Shown: positions 37,564 to 54,415 of the stretch, piece after piece
How the letters are laid out: each line of letters begins with the position of its first letter
Position numbering within the stretch: position 1 is the stretch's first letter
Assembly (NCBI GenBank): GCA_040357565.1
Contig: JBDODJ010000013.1
Strand: one strand, 5' to 3'
From: Cercozoa sp. M6MM
Lineage: Eukaryota > Protista > Endomyxa: Ascetosporea
Length of the DNA stretch: 64,000 nt
Translations under genes and position numbers: made by a program
The notes under the pieces: model-generated
What the model saw: the letters and a program-made list of their open reading frames with translations, nothing else
What the model was told of the DNA's origin: nothing
Databases searched by the model: none

Positions 37564-40500
37564 ATGTTGTGCGTAGTCTTAGCTCTGTTGAGCTTCGTTC
37601 TGCCCAGCGTCTTGGCAGAAAAGAATTCGAGCTACATCCCTGACCAAGGGACAGTGAGCATCGCGCTCAACCAGCCTAGTTGTCTGCTGCAGTTCTTCTC
37701 GACAGGTCTCACGGCGAAGGTGCGTGTTTTGAGTGCAATGATCGTGGCCACACGGTTCCGGTCACGGTTGGTGGTCGCTTGGGATGTTGTTGTTGTGCGT
37801 TCTTAGGACCCAGACGCCGTCAATCATGCACCGTGTTCACCATGGGATGCGTATCCTACGATCCTGGGAGTCAGTACGATGGCTTTGATGGACATTAACG
37901 ACGAGACCCTGAATCCTAACTTCTTGCCGAATCACAATCTCACACTGCCGCGCTTCGACCCGAAAGGCATCGCGCTGGTTGCGGCCAAGGTATGTCTGGT
38001 CTCGACTGTTGCTTGTCAACAAGGTCTGCAGTTCAATCAATTTGCACAGGAGGCACTCCAGGTCGTCAACTACGTGAACCAGGCAGAGACTCTGGCTGCA
38101 GCCGGCCTGCGCAACGAGAGCGACCCGACGCAACCGCGTCCGATGGTCGGCGTTATTGGTACTTTGCCCTTCCTCCACCCTATCGTTTTACCCCCCCCCC
38201 AGGTCCCTCGTACGCCGACTCGACGTCGGCCTCGTCGCTGATCTACTCGGCGGCCGACCTGATGCAGGTGGCCCCGCTGGTACCGGCGGCCGACCTCAGT
38301 GACGCGAGCAAGTACCCGTACCTGCTGCGCATGCGGGGCTCGGAGCAGACCGGCGTCGTGGCTATTCTGGACCTGTGCCTGTCGGTCGGTTTCAAGCGCG
38401 TCGCCATCTTGCACTCGAACGATCTCTATGGTGACACTCTGACATATTTTTCCTGTCATCTGTATGCTGGTGTCTGATTGATGGTGCGCGAGCGCAGGCA
38501 ACTCGTTCCACTCGAGTCTGGACGATGCGATCAGTCAGCGCGGCGCCGTGGCGGAGGACTTTGAGGTGGGCTACAAGGCTGCTGTTCCTCTTTCGCGCTC
38601 CCTGTCCAAGAATAGCACCGAGTACGCTGACGCCGAGGAGCGCATGCGCGAACACATGCGGCAGATCGAAAAGGAACAGCTGCGCATCATCCTGCTGTAC
38701 ACGACGACGGGTGATGGTTCGTTCCTCTACGAAACTACCTTGTTGAGTGCCTGCTCGAGTACCCTTCCTCCGTGCAGACGACCTTTTGTACGATATTGTG
38801 GCCAAGGACGAGGCCAGTAGCGGCGAGTTCCAGGACTACTTCCGGTCCCACCAGCACCTAGTGGTGGCACCGCCCGAGTGGCCTGCCTTTGTGGTACGCC
38901 ATGACCTCCGCGCGGATGGGACAGAGGTGTCACGTTGCGGTTTGTGTGATTAGGGCATTGTGGGCAAGAAGCGACCGGCCACGCTGGCACTGACTCCGCC
39001 GTCGTACATGTACCTCAAGGACGACCCCTCGTTGCTGGAGGTTGAGCTGTGGTCGCGCCCGGGCCACCCGAAGCGCACAGCCTACCTGCGCTCGAAGACG
39101 GCGCTGCACGCGGCGCTGTCAGCGCCCGACGTGCCCTTTAGCATCCTGTCCACAGGCATTCACTTTGTCGCCGAGACGGCCTACGACTCGGTGGTCCTGT
39201 ACCCCTGCTCTTACCCTCTGCCTCCATCCTACCTTACTAACACTACTTCTTGGGACTGAGCAGGCTGGCGCTCACGTTTGACGAGCTGCTGGAGCGCAAC
39301 CGCACGGCCACGCCGGGCAGTGACGAGGCCATCAAGCTGGCCGCACTACTCAGCGATCGCGAACTGTTTGGACGCGCCATGCAAAAACACATCGGGCACC
39401 AGAAGTTCTCTGGACACTCGGGTACCTAATCTATATATGTATATGCATCTATATGTCTAGTTTATTTCCCCTGGACACAGGACCTGTGGAGTTTGACGCA
39501 CTGCTGGACCGGAAGCCAGCGTACGGAGTGGCGCGGTGGCAGGCCAACGCTTTTCTGACGGGCGATTTCCAGGTGATTGGCAGCTGGGACACTGACACGC
39601 ATACGATCGCCTTCAACACCAACGACGGTGGCGTGCTCGCGAGCGACGGCACCAACCAGGAAGACGTGGCACGCGCGCGCTCCTTTGTGCAAGTGGACTA
39701 CTCGGCCAATGCCGTGGCCGGACAGCCCGGCGACAACGGCTTTCTGCCGCAAGACGGTCCCGGCAAGGTCGAAACGCTCAATCAGGTCAAGATTCAGGCA
39801 CTCGGCATTGTGCTCGGGGTCATTGGCATTGTGTGCGCCGTCGGCGTGCTGGGTACGTTCTCTGGTCTTCTTAATATTATATATATACAATGATTGGTGT
39901 GCTGGTGGGAGCAGTGCATATCAACATGAAGCGCGAGCTGCGCTACGTCAAGATGGGCGCTCCGAACATTCAGTCGATCCAACTGCTGGGTCTGGTGTTT
40001 GCGTTCACGTCGTTGCTGTACGCGCATATGGACACGGAGCGTTTCAACGGCGATTCGGACAAGGCGGAGGGAATCTGTCGTGCCGTGTTCTGGACGGAGC
40101 AGCTCAGCTTTGCCATCGTGTTCGGCGCTCTGCTGGCCAAGGTGGCTTTGTTAAAAAAATATATATATAGATATATATATATCAAGCATATTGTTTGATT
40201 TAAGTTTTTATGTTTGTATGCTAGGCCCTGCGCATCTACGTGATTTTCACACGTAACGATTGGACAGTAGTGCGCTTGTCGGATAAGCACCTTGCCGCTG
40301 TGGTGGTTGCGATCACGTCGCTGGCTGGCATCATCATGCTCGTGTTTGACGCCGGCTACGACGCCATCTATCTGGAGCGCAAGCAGCTTTCGGTTGAGTA
40401 CAGTGACACGCTGGATGCCAACGTGTTCGAATTCACCGAGCGCTGCAAGATTCGGTATACACCTTGCCTCACATGCGATCTATTGTCTCTCAGCTAAATT

Positions 40501-41326
40501 TAATATCCCTCTCCCTATCCGCCTATCTATCTACCTATTAATTTCTATACAAATCTATAAATCTCTCTCAGTTTATATTCATCTAAGCTGCTTGATGTAG
40601 CGACGACTACGACGGCGTGTTCTACGCAGTGACGCTGGGCTTCCAGGGACTTCTCATGGTGGGCGGTCTGTGGCTCGCCAACGAGCTGCGCGGTGTGAGC
40701 ATCCCGGCGCTCAACGACTCTGCTGAAGTGTACCTCTGAACTTGAGCTTTTGTTGTGTACAAGTAGTATACTCCTAATCGTATGCTTATGTGTGTGTCGG
40801 ACTGTCTAGGCGTCAGACGATGGTGCTGGTGTTTGTTATTGCGCTGCTGACAAAGCCGACGCAGCTGCTGGTCGAGTCGGACGACCCGCGCTCGGTCTAC
40901 GTGCTGACGGTGCTGTCGACGTTTTTGCTGAACTTCTCGGCACTGGTGTACCTGTTCGCCGGACGCGTGGTGGCCGTGCTGCGCGGCGATCACGTCGTGC
41001 AGACGAGTTCGCTCGCGTCGATCGGCACGGGACACACCGGCACGAGCTATCTGAGTGGCCAGCGCGGCGACTCCAAGGGCTCCTCCACCGAGGAGGGCCG
41101 GAGCGGTGTCGTTGCGCACTCCGAGAAGAACGACCGCCATTCCTCCACGACGCGGTCAACTCACTGTGAGTTTTTTGCTTTCCGTTTTTGGCATTTCTCT
41201 GTTGTTTGAACTTATGCACTTTGTTTGCTTGCTGTAGCAACCTCTGCGGCGTCCTCGACGAGCGAGATTGCTGGTGTTGCCATGGCCACTCTGCCAGGAG
41301 AAACGTCTGCAGATTCTCACGTCTAA
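37564..41326 (+). CDS. Class C GPCR, GABA-B-like (Venus-flytrap/ANF-receptor domain plus 7tm_3)
   Basis: Signal peptide; VFT motifs ALMDIN..LPNHNL, VGVIGP, LSDASKYPYLLR, VAILHSNDLYG. 7TM motifs ICRAVFW..FAIVFGALLAK|ALRIYVIF and RGVSIPALNDS. No cysteine-rich domain is seen. Confidence 0.92.
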
Positions 41327-42169
41327 AATTTCCTTCCGCTCGGATCAAAACACTACTAAAACACGTGACTCCGGTGGACTCATTGCGCATGTCACCTTCT
41401 CGTCTGGGACCGACAATTTGAAGCGAAAGGACAATGTTTCGCCCGGTTTACACGCACTGTAAATATTAACTTACCTGTATGTTGCACCTCGACCCGAAGG
41501 AAACATGCGATGCACATGACATGCGTCGATGCTACGCCACGCACACTTGCACACTTGTCCGTAACAGAGATGCAAACGTACCTCAGTCGTAATTTATGTT
41601 ACTACTGTCGTGTACGTAAACTTAGCATGGAAACCAATTGCAACACAATGAGGTACTGACTGTATAGACGTAGATACAGTTGAAAGCTTGTCGTGGTTTC
41701 AATCCTGCCTGAAGACGGTGCCTTGGGGAAGAGTTGGATGGCCCACCGGCCACCTAACCTAAGCGGGCTGTAGAAAACTCGACCCAAGCTGGACGGGTCT
41801 GCACAGAACTCGACAAGGCGAGATACTGTTCAGCAGAAGCCGTACAGTAAGTTGAGGTGCATGCAGAAGTTACCCCCAGCAAAAACAAATCCCTCGGTCC
41901 CCCCATAGTTACCCATATTTTTCGCCCGCGCTGACGAATAGTTCGATGAGTACTTGACGGACTGATAATCGCAGTGCCGTCGCAATTGCGTCGAATGCCG
42001 TCAAACACAGTGGCAAACTTACGTTCTAAACGTATTTAACAAACTGAATTCGAACTGAAACAATGGCCGATCGCGAAAGTCCGCACCGAATGAAATCCCG
42101 ACTGCCGATCAGTTTAATGAAAGAGTTGTGCCTCGTCTGGAGGGTTCTTTGGTGCACGACCTCGCCGTG

Positions 42170-45100
42170 AAATGACGGTCACAATTACGACTGACACGAC
42201 GGCCACCAACATCAACTGCATGCAGGCTCCAACTCAGGCTGTACAAAAACACCCCAGTCTTTAAGTTTTTACTTGTTCCAGATAGACATGCAAAAGCCTA
42301 TTCAATTGAGTTGCGCAGCAAAACAACGTCGCTGCAGTGCTGTGCCCCTTGACGATCAATGGCGATCCTCTTGATCCTGGTGTTAGCTCTAGATACCAGC
42401 TGAACCTTAAACCGAACTAAACTTATATTGTCTTGACTGAGCGCTTCTGCAGACTTCACAATGGCACTCCTGCAGTGCGAAAGCATGGCGCAGCCGACAA
42501 TGCCGATGCTGGCGACACAAACGCTATGCCAAGACGGCGGTGACACGGTGACTTGACTGTATCAAAAGCAGCATTCCACAGTTTGTCCAGTTTAAATTTA
42601 CGTTGAGGTCATTGTCCAGTGTCAAGAGTTGCTCAGTGTGCTCGCAAGCAACATGTACCTGTTGTTCGCATGCACGAGTCCTCCTTTCAACGTCGTCGGT
42701 GCCACCATGACGGGCAATGCTCTTTGTATCGGACAAGCCCTTCAAGTCACTGACGTCTTGACATGTGTGCTTTCATTTTAGCTTTGTCCATGCTCTTTTG
42801 CTTTGGACAAAGATGAATCTCAGGCGTCGACAGCACAGGACAGTCAACGGTGATTGCTGCGTCAGGTGCTCTCAGTTTCAGTTTCATTCGGAGAGTGAGT
42901 ATAGTGTGATTTGTTGGAACAGCGACAGCAACGACAAACACGGGCACGACAATGACGACAACGACGACACCAGGTACGTATGCCAACGCCAAGCTCCTTC
43001 ACCTTTGTCTTCAGTTGCAGTTAAGAAAGTGTGAAAGTAGTTCCCGAGCGAAGAGTTTTGGTCACTGGAGACTCTAGTGCAACTGCAGTTTCGTGCACCA
43101 TGCCGATCATTGTAAGACACTTTAGAGAGCCAGTACCGTCATCTTGGTAGTTCATGTGAACTGTAGAGTGGCACTTCCCGTTTTATCTTATGCCCACTCA
43201 CGATCAACGGCGAAGCTCTTGATGTTGGTAGTCTGTATTTCCGCATAGTCGTTATCCTTTGGTACGTCTGAGCGATTAAACTTGCAGCTAGCACTCAGGC
43301 CACTGCTTTCTGTGCTGATATCTTTGAGCCCGATCCAGTGCCGGTCACAGAGACGTTCTGCGTTGATGGCACCTCAACTGTAAATTAGCTAAGCTGTTTG
43401 ACAGATTGTTTCGGGGCAGAGACTATTAAGGGTTCTTGCTGTAGTGCACTGAACTGCTGGCAGCATTGGCAACAACGCAGTACCAGGCGTTGGCGTGTCC
43501 GGGCGCGTCGAATTTCTTTGCGTCGGTCGCGGCAGGAGGAAACGTGTGTAAAGGTTTCAATGGCGTCTCAACCGACGCACTCTCGTGTAAGATTGACGTT
43601 GGACCTCATTTCTTGTTGAAAGGTGGGTCGAACTACCTGCTAGGCATGTGCAGGTGTCGATACTGGTGGCACATCAACTATCGCGAGTGTCGAAGAGGTC
43701 AGTGGTCCTCCTACGACAACAACTGCAACAACAACGATTGAAGCAACAACAACTGCAACAACAACTGCAAAAACAACAACTGGAACAACAACGACTGGAA
43801 CAACAACGACTGGAACAACTGGAACAGACGAAACTACGACAACTGGAACAACTGGAACAACAACTACAACTGGAACAACCGCAGCTACCACAATCCAAAC
43901 AACGGCAGTAACACCAGTAACAACTGCCTCAACGACAACACCGACAGCAACAACACCAGGTAATTTCCGAGTGTACTGTCAACTCGATACAAACATACAG
44001 AACAAACCGTCTTCTCAAGTTTGATGCTGCTTGCAGCACCAGCCCCAGTGCAGGTGCTCGTGACAGGCGATGCCTCGGCAAGCGACGTGTCGTGCACGAT
44101 GCCGATCCAGAGTGGTTCCACCCAACTGATCCTGTGTCCCACCGTGATCGACGGTGAGGCACTCGATGTTGGTACTCTCTCACTTACTGTGCCGTGACCG
44201 TTCTCTCTTTGGTGCGTAAGTCAGTTTAAATTGACACGGGAACACTGCAGTGGGAACGACGTCGTTTGCGGTCTGTACTGATCTCAACGACTTCGAAAGC
44301 GTCGCCGTGGCTGCTGCTGACACTTTCTGCACCGACGGCACCGTCACTGTACTGGCAGTCTACCCTGATCCTTGACTTGTCTAGTGAACTATTGCTACTG
44401 AGTAACCTGCAAAAATGGCAGTGCACGAGACTTTTGGAGACAGCGGCAACGACGCAGTTTCAGATTTTTGTGTGTCCCGGCAGCAACAACGAATTCATCT
44501 CCGTTGCTGAAAGTGCTTCGCCCCTTTACCCCTCCCTCATTACCCCCTCCCCCATTACCTCCTCTCCCATTACCCCTTTAAAGTCATTTTGCTCCCTTTC
44601 ATTCTTTACCTGCCCTCCCTCACATCTCATTTTTCTCAGCACTGGAGCCATGCCAAAGTGTCGGTGGGAAGTCGGCTGACGCAGTGTCTTGTACGTTCAG
44701 TGCTTTCAGTCCATTTGCACGGTGCCTTGTACTCAGAGTATGCATGTATACCAGGTGTCGACAACGCCGGGGTCACCACGATCGCTAGTGTCGTCAAATT
44801 TGTTGTCACGACGACAGCGAGCACCTCTGCGACTTCCACCACGACCGCGAGCACCTCTGCAACTTCCACCACGACTGCTGCATCAACGACATCAATGACG
44901 GTGATTGTGACTTCAACACCGTCATCTACACTGTCAACACCGTCACCGACATCACCGACACTATCGACACCGTCACCGACTCTGTCGCCTACAACGTCCC
45001 TCACTCCATCCCCTACACTGTCACCACTGACTCCGCGACCGATCGGCACGCGAGTGATTCCGCCGGGAGAAACGCCAGTGCCGACGGTCTCGCTACCGCC

Positions 45101-46458
45101 CGCCGTGGTGGTCGATGACACCAGCTGTCGTACCTCATCTAATGGCCTCGTTTGACTCAGTGACAATGATCACCACTGCAGGCTCGACACTGGACTACGG
45201 CTCGTGTCGCAAGGACAGGCGACTCGGCGTGTGTCTCGGTCGCGCGCAGTGCTACGGTTCGACTCTCTTCCTTGTCGGAAAGGTTGCCCTACTGTACAGG
45301 GTTTAAACAGTGGCATCGCAAGACGAACTGCTGCTGTTGGGCGTTGATGCCTCCGAAGTGACTCCTGCATTGAGTGATGGTGACACTGACAACTGCATCG
45401 ATATCGACGCCGACGTTTATGGCACTCTCAACTTGAGGTACAAGGACAGTAGAGTACCTGCAGTAAATTACTCTTGTACTGTACAAACAAGCAGGCAACA
45501 AACTGCAGTATCGCTGCTGTTGGATCAAGTGTCAAACGAAGTGCGCCGGTCGCTTCAGTCGGCCGATCCCGTCGTTCCTGTGTCGACGAGGTTTGTTTCA
45601 TACCCCTGCTGGGATACGCCAAACTTCCTTTAAACATACCACTAGCAGGAATGTGAGGGTGTTGCCGATCCTGCGCACGCAGGACAACGCGCTGTGTCGT
45701 CTCGGTCTGCTCCAGGACAGGCGTACTTTCTCTCTGTAGTGGCTCATGGTCGTAGACGGTTCGAGTGTAAATGTAGAGCAACTTTGGGTGGCTGCGATGC
45801 TCAAGAACAGTCAAAACAACGCCAGGGTAGTCTTCCAGGGCAGTTCAGCTGTATTCTCCGTTTTCTAAAGTTTCTCTTTCTAGGCACTGCAACGAGCGAT
45901 CCAGCAAAGCGATAATCAGCTTTTAACAGGACTCCTTATTCCGATCGATGCTTCTGTACATCAACTTCAGCTTAAATCGATATTGACTGAACGTGGGTCA
46001 TCTCAGAAAAATGATGTGCTCCGTGTGATCAGATTCTGCAAACCATGCAGCAGCGGGGAGTAGTCACTGTGCCACCGCCTGCGACGCCTGTTGCCACAGT
46101 TCTTGCGACGTTACCGCAAGCGTACCTTTATTTCTGTCACACAGGACATCTTTTGAGCTCATGCTGAAGAAACGCTGGGTGTTTCGCAGGAGCGATACCG
46201 ACTCTGACACCGAGCGAGCGGTCAGTTGCACACCTGCAGTTTCTAAACATATTTGGTGCTCTAAGTGTGCAGGTGATCACACTGGCTGCTGTGTTGGGTG
46301 TTCTGGTCTTGTTGTGCTTCCTGGTCACTGTCGCCGTGTACTACCTGTACCTGCGACGGCAGACTCGACCAAGCAACCGAAGGGCTGCCCCAACAGGCAC
46401 TGACACGAACCGCTACACGTATTACGCGAGTGTTTCTACGAGCACCGAGCGCGCCTAG
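42170..46458 (+). CDS. Mucin-like type I membrane/surface protein (Cys-containing domains, Thr/Pro-rich linkers)
   Basis: Thr-rich coding repeats at 43715-43955 and 44805-45030; TM VITLAAVLGVLVLLCFLVTVAVYYLYL then RR (46273-46360). Start uncertain; could be more than one gene. Confidence 0.55.
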
Positions 46459-46562
46459 TGTTTTCAGCTCCGTTGCGGATAGTACGAAACACGTCTCAAG
46501 TTAGGATTTCGGTTCAAACCAACAAGCATTTTCTTTTTCTCCAAAGTGGGCATCGATTCGGA

Positions 46563-48131
46563 TCAGTTAATGGCCGGGCATACGTAGCTTCCGGGGATGC
46601 TTGGATCTTCCATACAGACCTGGAACTCGTCGAGACCGACCGTGTCAGGCATGTCGCATTCATACTGAGAGCCTGGAGTAATGCACGCTTCACCCGCAGC
46701 AAAGAAAGCGCAAAGAGCTCCGGCAGGCACACCGCATGTGATAGGACCGAAACAGGTTTCGTCGTGCGAGCAGACCACTTGAAGATTTCTTTCGCGAACA
46801 AGTCGTCTCAAGTACGGCGTGAGCAGACACTGAGTTGAACTAGTGTTTGGACTAGCAGGACCGCATTGCCCAGAGGCGCACTCCGACGGCTCGGAACACG
46901 AATCCAGGTACCTTCGACGACACCGCAGGACACCGTTCGGGTTGGGAGGCGATTCGGTGTATCCTGAGTAAACGTGGAGAGTAATGTTTCTTTTACTGTA
47001 CTGTAACTTCGAGTGTGAGAGAAAGAAACCAGAGTTGGCACAGACCAAGTCGCCTGCACACGGGTCGTCGTCAAGGTAGTCGTAGTCTTCCAAATCGCAG
47101 ACTTCGTTGAGCGACAAACCTGCGGGCGCATCGCATTCGAACTGACCTATTGCCACAGATGTGCAGCTGCCCGACAGACACTTTGTGGCGTCGCCAGTGT
47201 TCCCGGTGCCTTCGGGCTCATTTCCGCAAAGTTGGCCGCGAGCTCCCAGACACTTTTCCGAGTCGGGCTCGCAAACCGCGCCGTTCGGACAATCCAAGCG
47301 AGACGAGCATCCTGTGGAACCGAGCGGCAAGACACAAGTGCCGGACTCTTCATCGCAAATGCGTCCTCCTACAAAGGCATTAAAAAGCAATCCAAGCACT
47401 CAAAGTTACTGTGTTGAAAAATGCGTGGCACGCAAAATCAGTATTTGTAATTACCTGTGCAATCCTCGTTCTGCGCGCAAGTAGAGAGGCAGATCGAGGT
47501 GCCGTCAGCGTCCACACAGAGAGCCCCGGATGCCGCATCGCACTCGAAGTCGCACAAACACGGAGCCCCTGTCGCCTTTGTACCATCTGGCGGACACGGG
47601 TCGGGTTGCGGTTCTACAAGCACTCCCAATTGTGTGCAAGAGCAGGACGCTGTGGTCATTGTAGTCGCAACTGTTGTTGCCGTCGCTGTCGTTGTCGTTG
47701 CTGTCGTTGTCGTTGTCGTTGTCGCTGTCGTTGTCGCTGTCGTTGTCGTTACTGTCGTTGTCGCTGTTGGTATCACGTCTCTCATGTGGTCAAGGCGGAA
47801 CTGCAGTTGCTTGATAACTCCCTTGATTTCGTCACCCGCATTGTTCAAGTTCTAAAATGTAGCGCACACAGCTTTACTAGCAGTAGTGTTTCTTGAAACA
47901 TATCATTGACATTGTACCCACATTGTTCTGTGTAAATCGTTCCGGATATTGGTGTTTTGCTCGGCCACTGAATGAAGACTTGGAGTATCCAAGCGCGCTT
48001 TTGCCACGAACGCGCCAAAAGCCAGTCCCAAGAGCCTCATCGGTATTTTCTACGGTGCAACCTTCCAGGTGGCCGGCTGCCTGAGACACGACGGTGAGTG
48101 ACGAACCCACCGCGTTTCGTGCGCAGTTCAA
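46563..48131 (-). CDS. Cysteine-rich extracellular protein with poly-Thr linker
   Basis: Repeated Cys modules (GAPCLCDFECDAASGALC, CSSRLDCPNGAVC, CSEPSECASGQC) and a poly-Thr tract at 47660-47770. Ends approximate. Confidence 0.6.
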
Positions 48132-48406
48132 GACTGTCCACGCACCGAACCTTTTCGCTTAGTAGACTGAACGCACTACAGTGCACTATCTAAACGAGCC
48201 GAACCAAACCGAACTGAACGTTAGCTGAGCCGAGTGAACACCTAGACGCACGAGATCTCGTCTGGTAGAAGCGCGGACCCAATCGAAACGAAATCAACAC
48301 CAAACGCAGCGCAGGCTCGGCAGTACGGTAACTGTGGCAGGCAGGAACCGAACGGTAGGTTTCCGTAGGCTAGTTTCACTACCATACAGTTCGGTTCGTG
48401 GGTGAG

Positions 48407-51683
<3,277 letters not shown>

Positions 51684-52014
51684 CGGTTTTCGTCTCTCAC
51701 GGTCGCAAACACAAATGCAATCTGCAAAAACGATAGAAACAATCAAAAACAACCTTCAAGAAACACAAATCCGACCACACCTCGATAGTGCAATAAACGG
51801 CGACACTGACTTAACAAACACTTCCACAGTGTAGTCAACACGCCCCTGCGTATCTCCAGCAGACTGTATATTTGATTCCAGCTGCTACCGGTCCGTTTAT
51901 CCACAAAAAATAAGAAATTTCCCACCTCGATTCTGTGCCGATTGAAGGCTTTATCAGTGATAGGGAGGCAAGTGTTGTGGTAGCACGTTTGTGCACTTAT
52001 TTTAAGCCTCGATA

Positions 52015-54214
52015 ATGTTGCGCAACTTATCGCTGCTGCGGCGGGGACGTCGCCTCTTCTCCGCAGACGTACTGAAGGTGCGTCGTTTGTTTCATCTGCG
52101 TTGTGCTGAACCGATTCGTGTGGCAGGAGCTTCAATGGCGCGGCGCGGTGCACCAGACCACCGGCGACGACACGGTTCGCGAGCTCCTACAACAGCCGGT
52201 ACCCTTGTGTTACGGGGGGGGGGGGGGGGGAGCCACCTACACATGTGGTTATTAGACTGCGTTTTATGCGGGTTTCGATCCCACGGCTCCGTCTCTGCAT
52301 GTTGGCAATCTTTTGGTTATGATCACAATGCTTCGACTGGCGAAAGGAGGCCTTAATCCTGTTGCTCTGCTGGGTATTGACTTTCTCGTATTTTGTTCTC
52401 TGCGTTGTTTCGACTGATCGCAGGTGGTGCCACCGGAATGATCGGTGACCCTAGTTTCCGCGACACCGAACGTGTTCTCATGTCGGGTAAATTTGCTTGG
52501 TGTAACTTGTCTTGAGGAGTGATACAAATAAACCTGGCACACAGACGATCAGGTCGTGCACAACAAACGCCGAATCGAGTCACAAATTCGCGCTTTTTTC
52601 CAGCGAAACGTGAATCTTTCTTTTCTTGCTAAATGAGTCCAAAAGCTCGCAAACTGTGCTGAGGCTTCCTGATCAGGGCACTGAAGTCCAAGTTGTTGAT
52701 AATCTTGAATGGTGCTCTTTTTCTCTAACTTCGCAATCCGCGCAGAAGTTCTTTGACTTGACATTTTTTAGGTACTCCGACATGACATCGCTCGAGTGGT
52801 TGCGCGACATTGCGATGCACATGCGTGTGCCGGTATGCTAATCTCGCTTAATTTTCTTTTTCTAGGTTCATCAAAAATCAAAAAATTTAAAATCTGGTTT
52901 AGACAATGCTGGCACGCGACTCTGTAGCGGCGCGTATGCGTGCCGAGAGCGGTGCACGTCTCTCACTGGGCGAACTGTGTTACCAGGCTCTGCAAGCACA
53001 CGATTTCGTGCGACTCTACAAGACTCGAGAGGTTCAGCTCCAACTCGGCGGAAGCGATCAGTGGGGCAACATCATCGCCGGCATCGATCTGGCACGTCGC
53101 AACGGGTACTGCAGGCACACTGTAGGCGCAAAATTGCCATGTTTGCAGTGAAAGCGAGGAAGAGGATAAACTGCACGGACTGACTGTTCCACTTTTGACG
53201 ACTTCGAGTGGCGAAAAGTTCGGCAAGTCAGCTGGCAATGCGGTTCGTCAACCCTCTTTTGTCTCTAAACTTCATTCAACTGGTGCACTTTGTGTTGTTC
53301 AGATCTTCCTGGACTCCTCGCCTTTTGCAATCTACCAATACTTTCGGTAAACACTGTTTAAGTTCTGCAGAATGTGCCACAATGGAACACGATTGTTTGA
53401 GCAGATCGCAGCCAGACGCGGATATTCCGCGTTTGCTGCGCTTATTCACTTTTTTGGACCAAGAAAGGTACAATTTTGACTAGGCACATGTGTGCTGTAG
53501 CTTTAGGACTCGTTGTTTTGACTGGTCAGAATCGAGGAACTTGAGACGGAACTGGCCGAGAATGCCGAAACCGGGCAAGTTCAGAGTCTCCTTGCGGCCG
53601 GTAGAGTTTTCGCGTTGTTTCCCGTGTGGTTTGGAGGGTCTAATTGGACTGAGAACAGAGGTGACTCGGCTCGTTTGCGGCGACGAAGGCGTCGAGGCAG
53701 CGCAAGCTGGAACAGCCGCATTGTTTGGCCGGGTACACCTTGTGCTTTCGTTGTGTGCTTGGTCTAGGTGGAACGATGGTTTGGTACAGGGCAAGCTCTC
53801 GGCACTTGATGCGCCGACCTTACGAGACGTGCTGCGTGGCGTCACTTCAACCACGGTACTGTTTGTCTGTTTGTACTTTACTTGGTCACCGGTCAGGTGG
53901 CATTACTAAAACTCTAGGTGTCGAAAGATAAACTTGAGCAAGGCGAGCTTTCACTCTCAGAAGCACTCGTGTCTGCTGGACTGGCGCCGTCGAAGAAGCA
54001 GGTGTCTCACTTGTATTTCCAACTGGACTCTATCAGTTTCAGTCAGCCGTGTTTCTTGCAGGCCAACAAAGCCATCGCCAACGGCAGCATCTACCTCAAC
54101 GACGACAGGGTCAGTGAGGCCACTCTGCGCCTGTCGTCCGAGCACCTGCTGGCCGACACCTGCGTGGTGCTGCGCAGCGGCAAGAAGCGACGCGCCGTTC
54201 TGCACGTTGAGTAG
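52015..54214 (+). CDS. YARS2: Tyrosyl-tRNA synthetase, bacterial/mitochondrial type
   Basis: Arg-rich presequence MLRNLSLLRRGRRLFS; YAGFDPTAPSLHVGN, GMIGDPS, QLGGSDQWGNI, KFGKS; S4-like C-terminus ..LRSGKK. Confidence 0.95.
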
Positions 54215-54415
54215 CCACTTTCGTTACAGTGCAGCACGTGCGCCATGGATCCACCCAAATCTAATCGAATTAAAGCAAGAGTCTATGTATAGCGAGCGTC
54301 GCGGCGGAGACGAGACGCGGTTTAAAAAAAAAGCAGAAGCCCAACTGAACGGCGGCAACGTGCGTACAAACAATCGAAGTGTTGGTCAGGGAAAGTGTGA
54401 CGTCCTGACGCACGC

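Noticed and set aside
42359-42452. Possible AT-AG/U12-type intron after a hydrophobic mini-ORF
   Set aside because: No U12 donor consensus, and a canonical GT donor a few bases upstream fits.
52015-54214. Bacterial-type TyrRS as recent HGT or contamination
   Set aside because: It has many spliceosomal introns and a mitochondrial-type presequence, as expected for the organellar enzyme.
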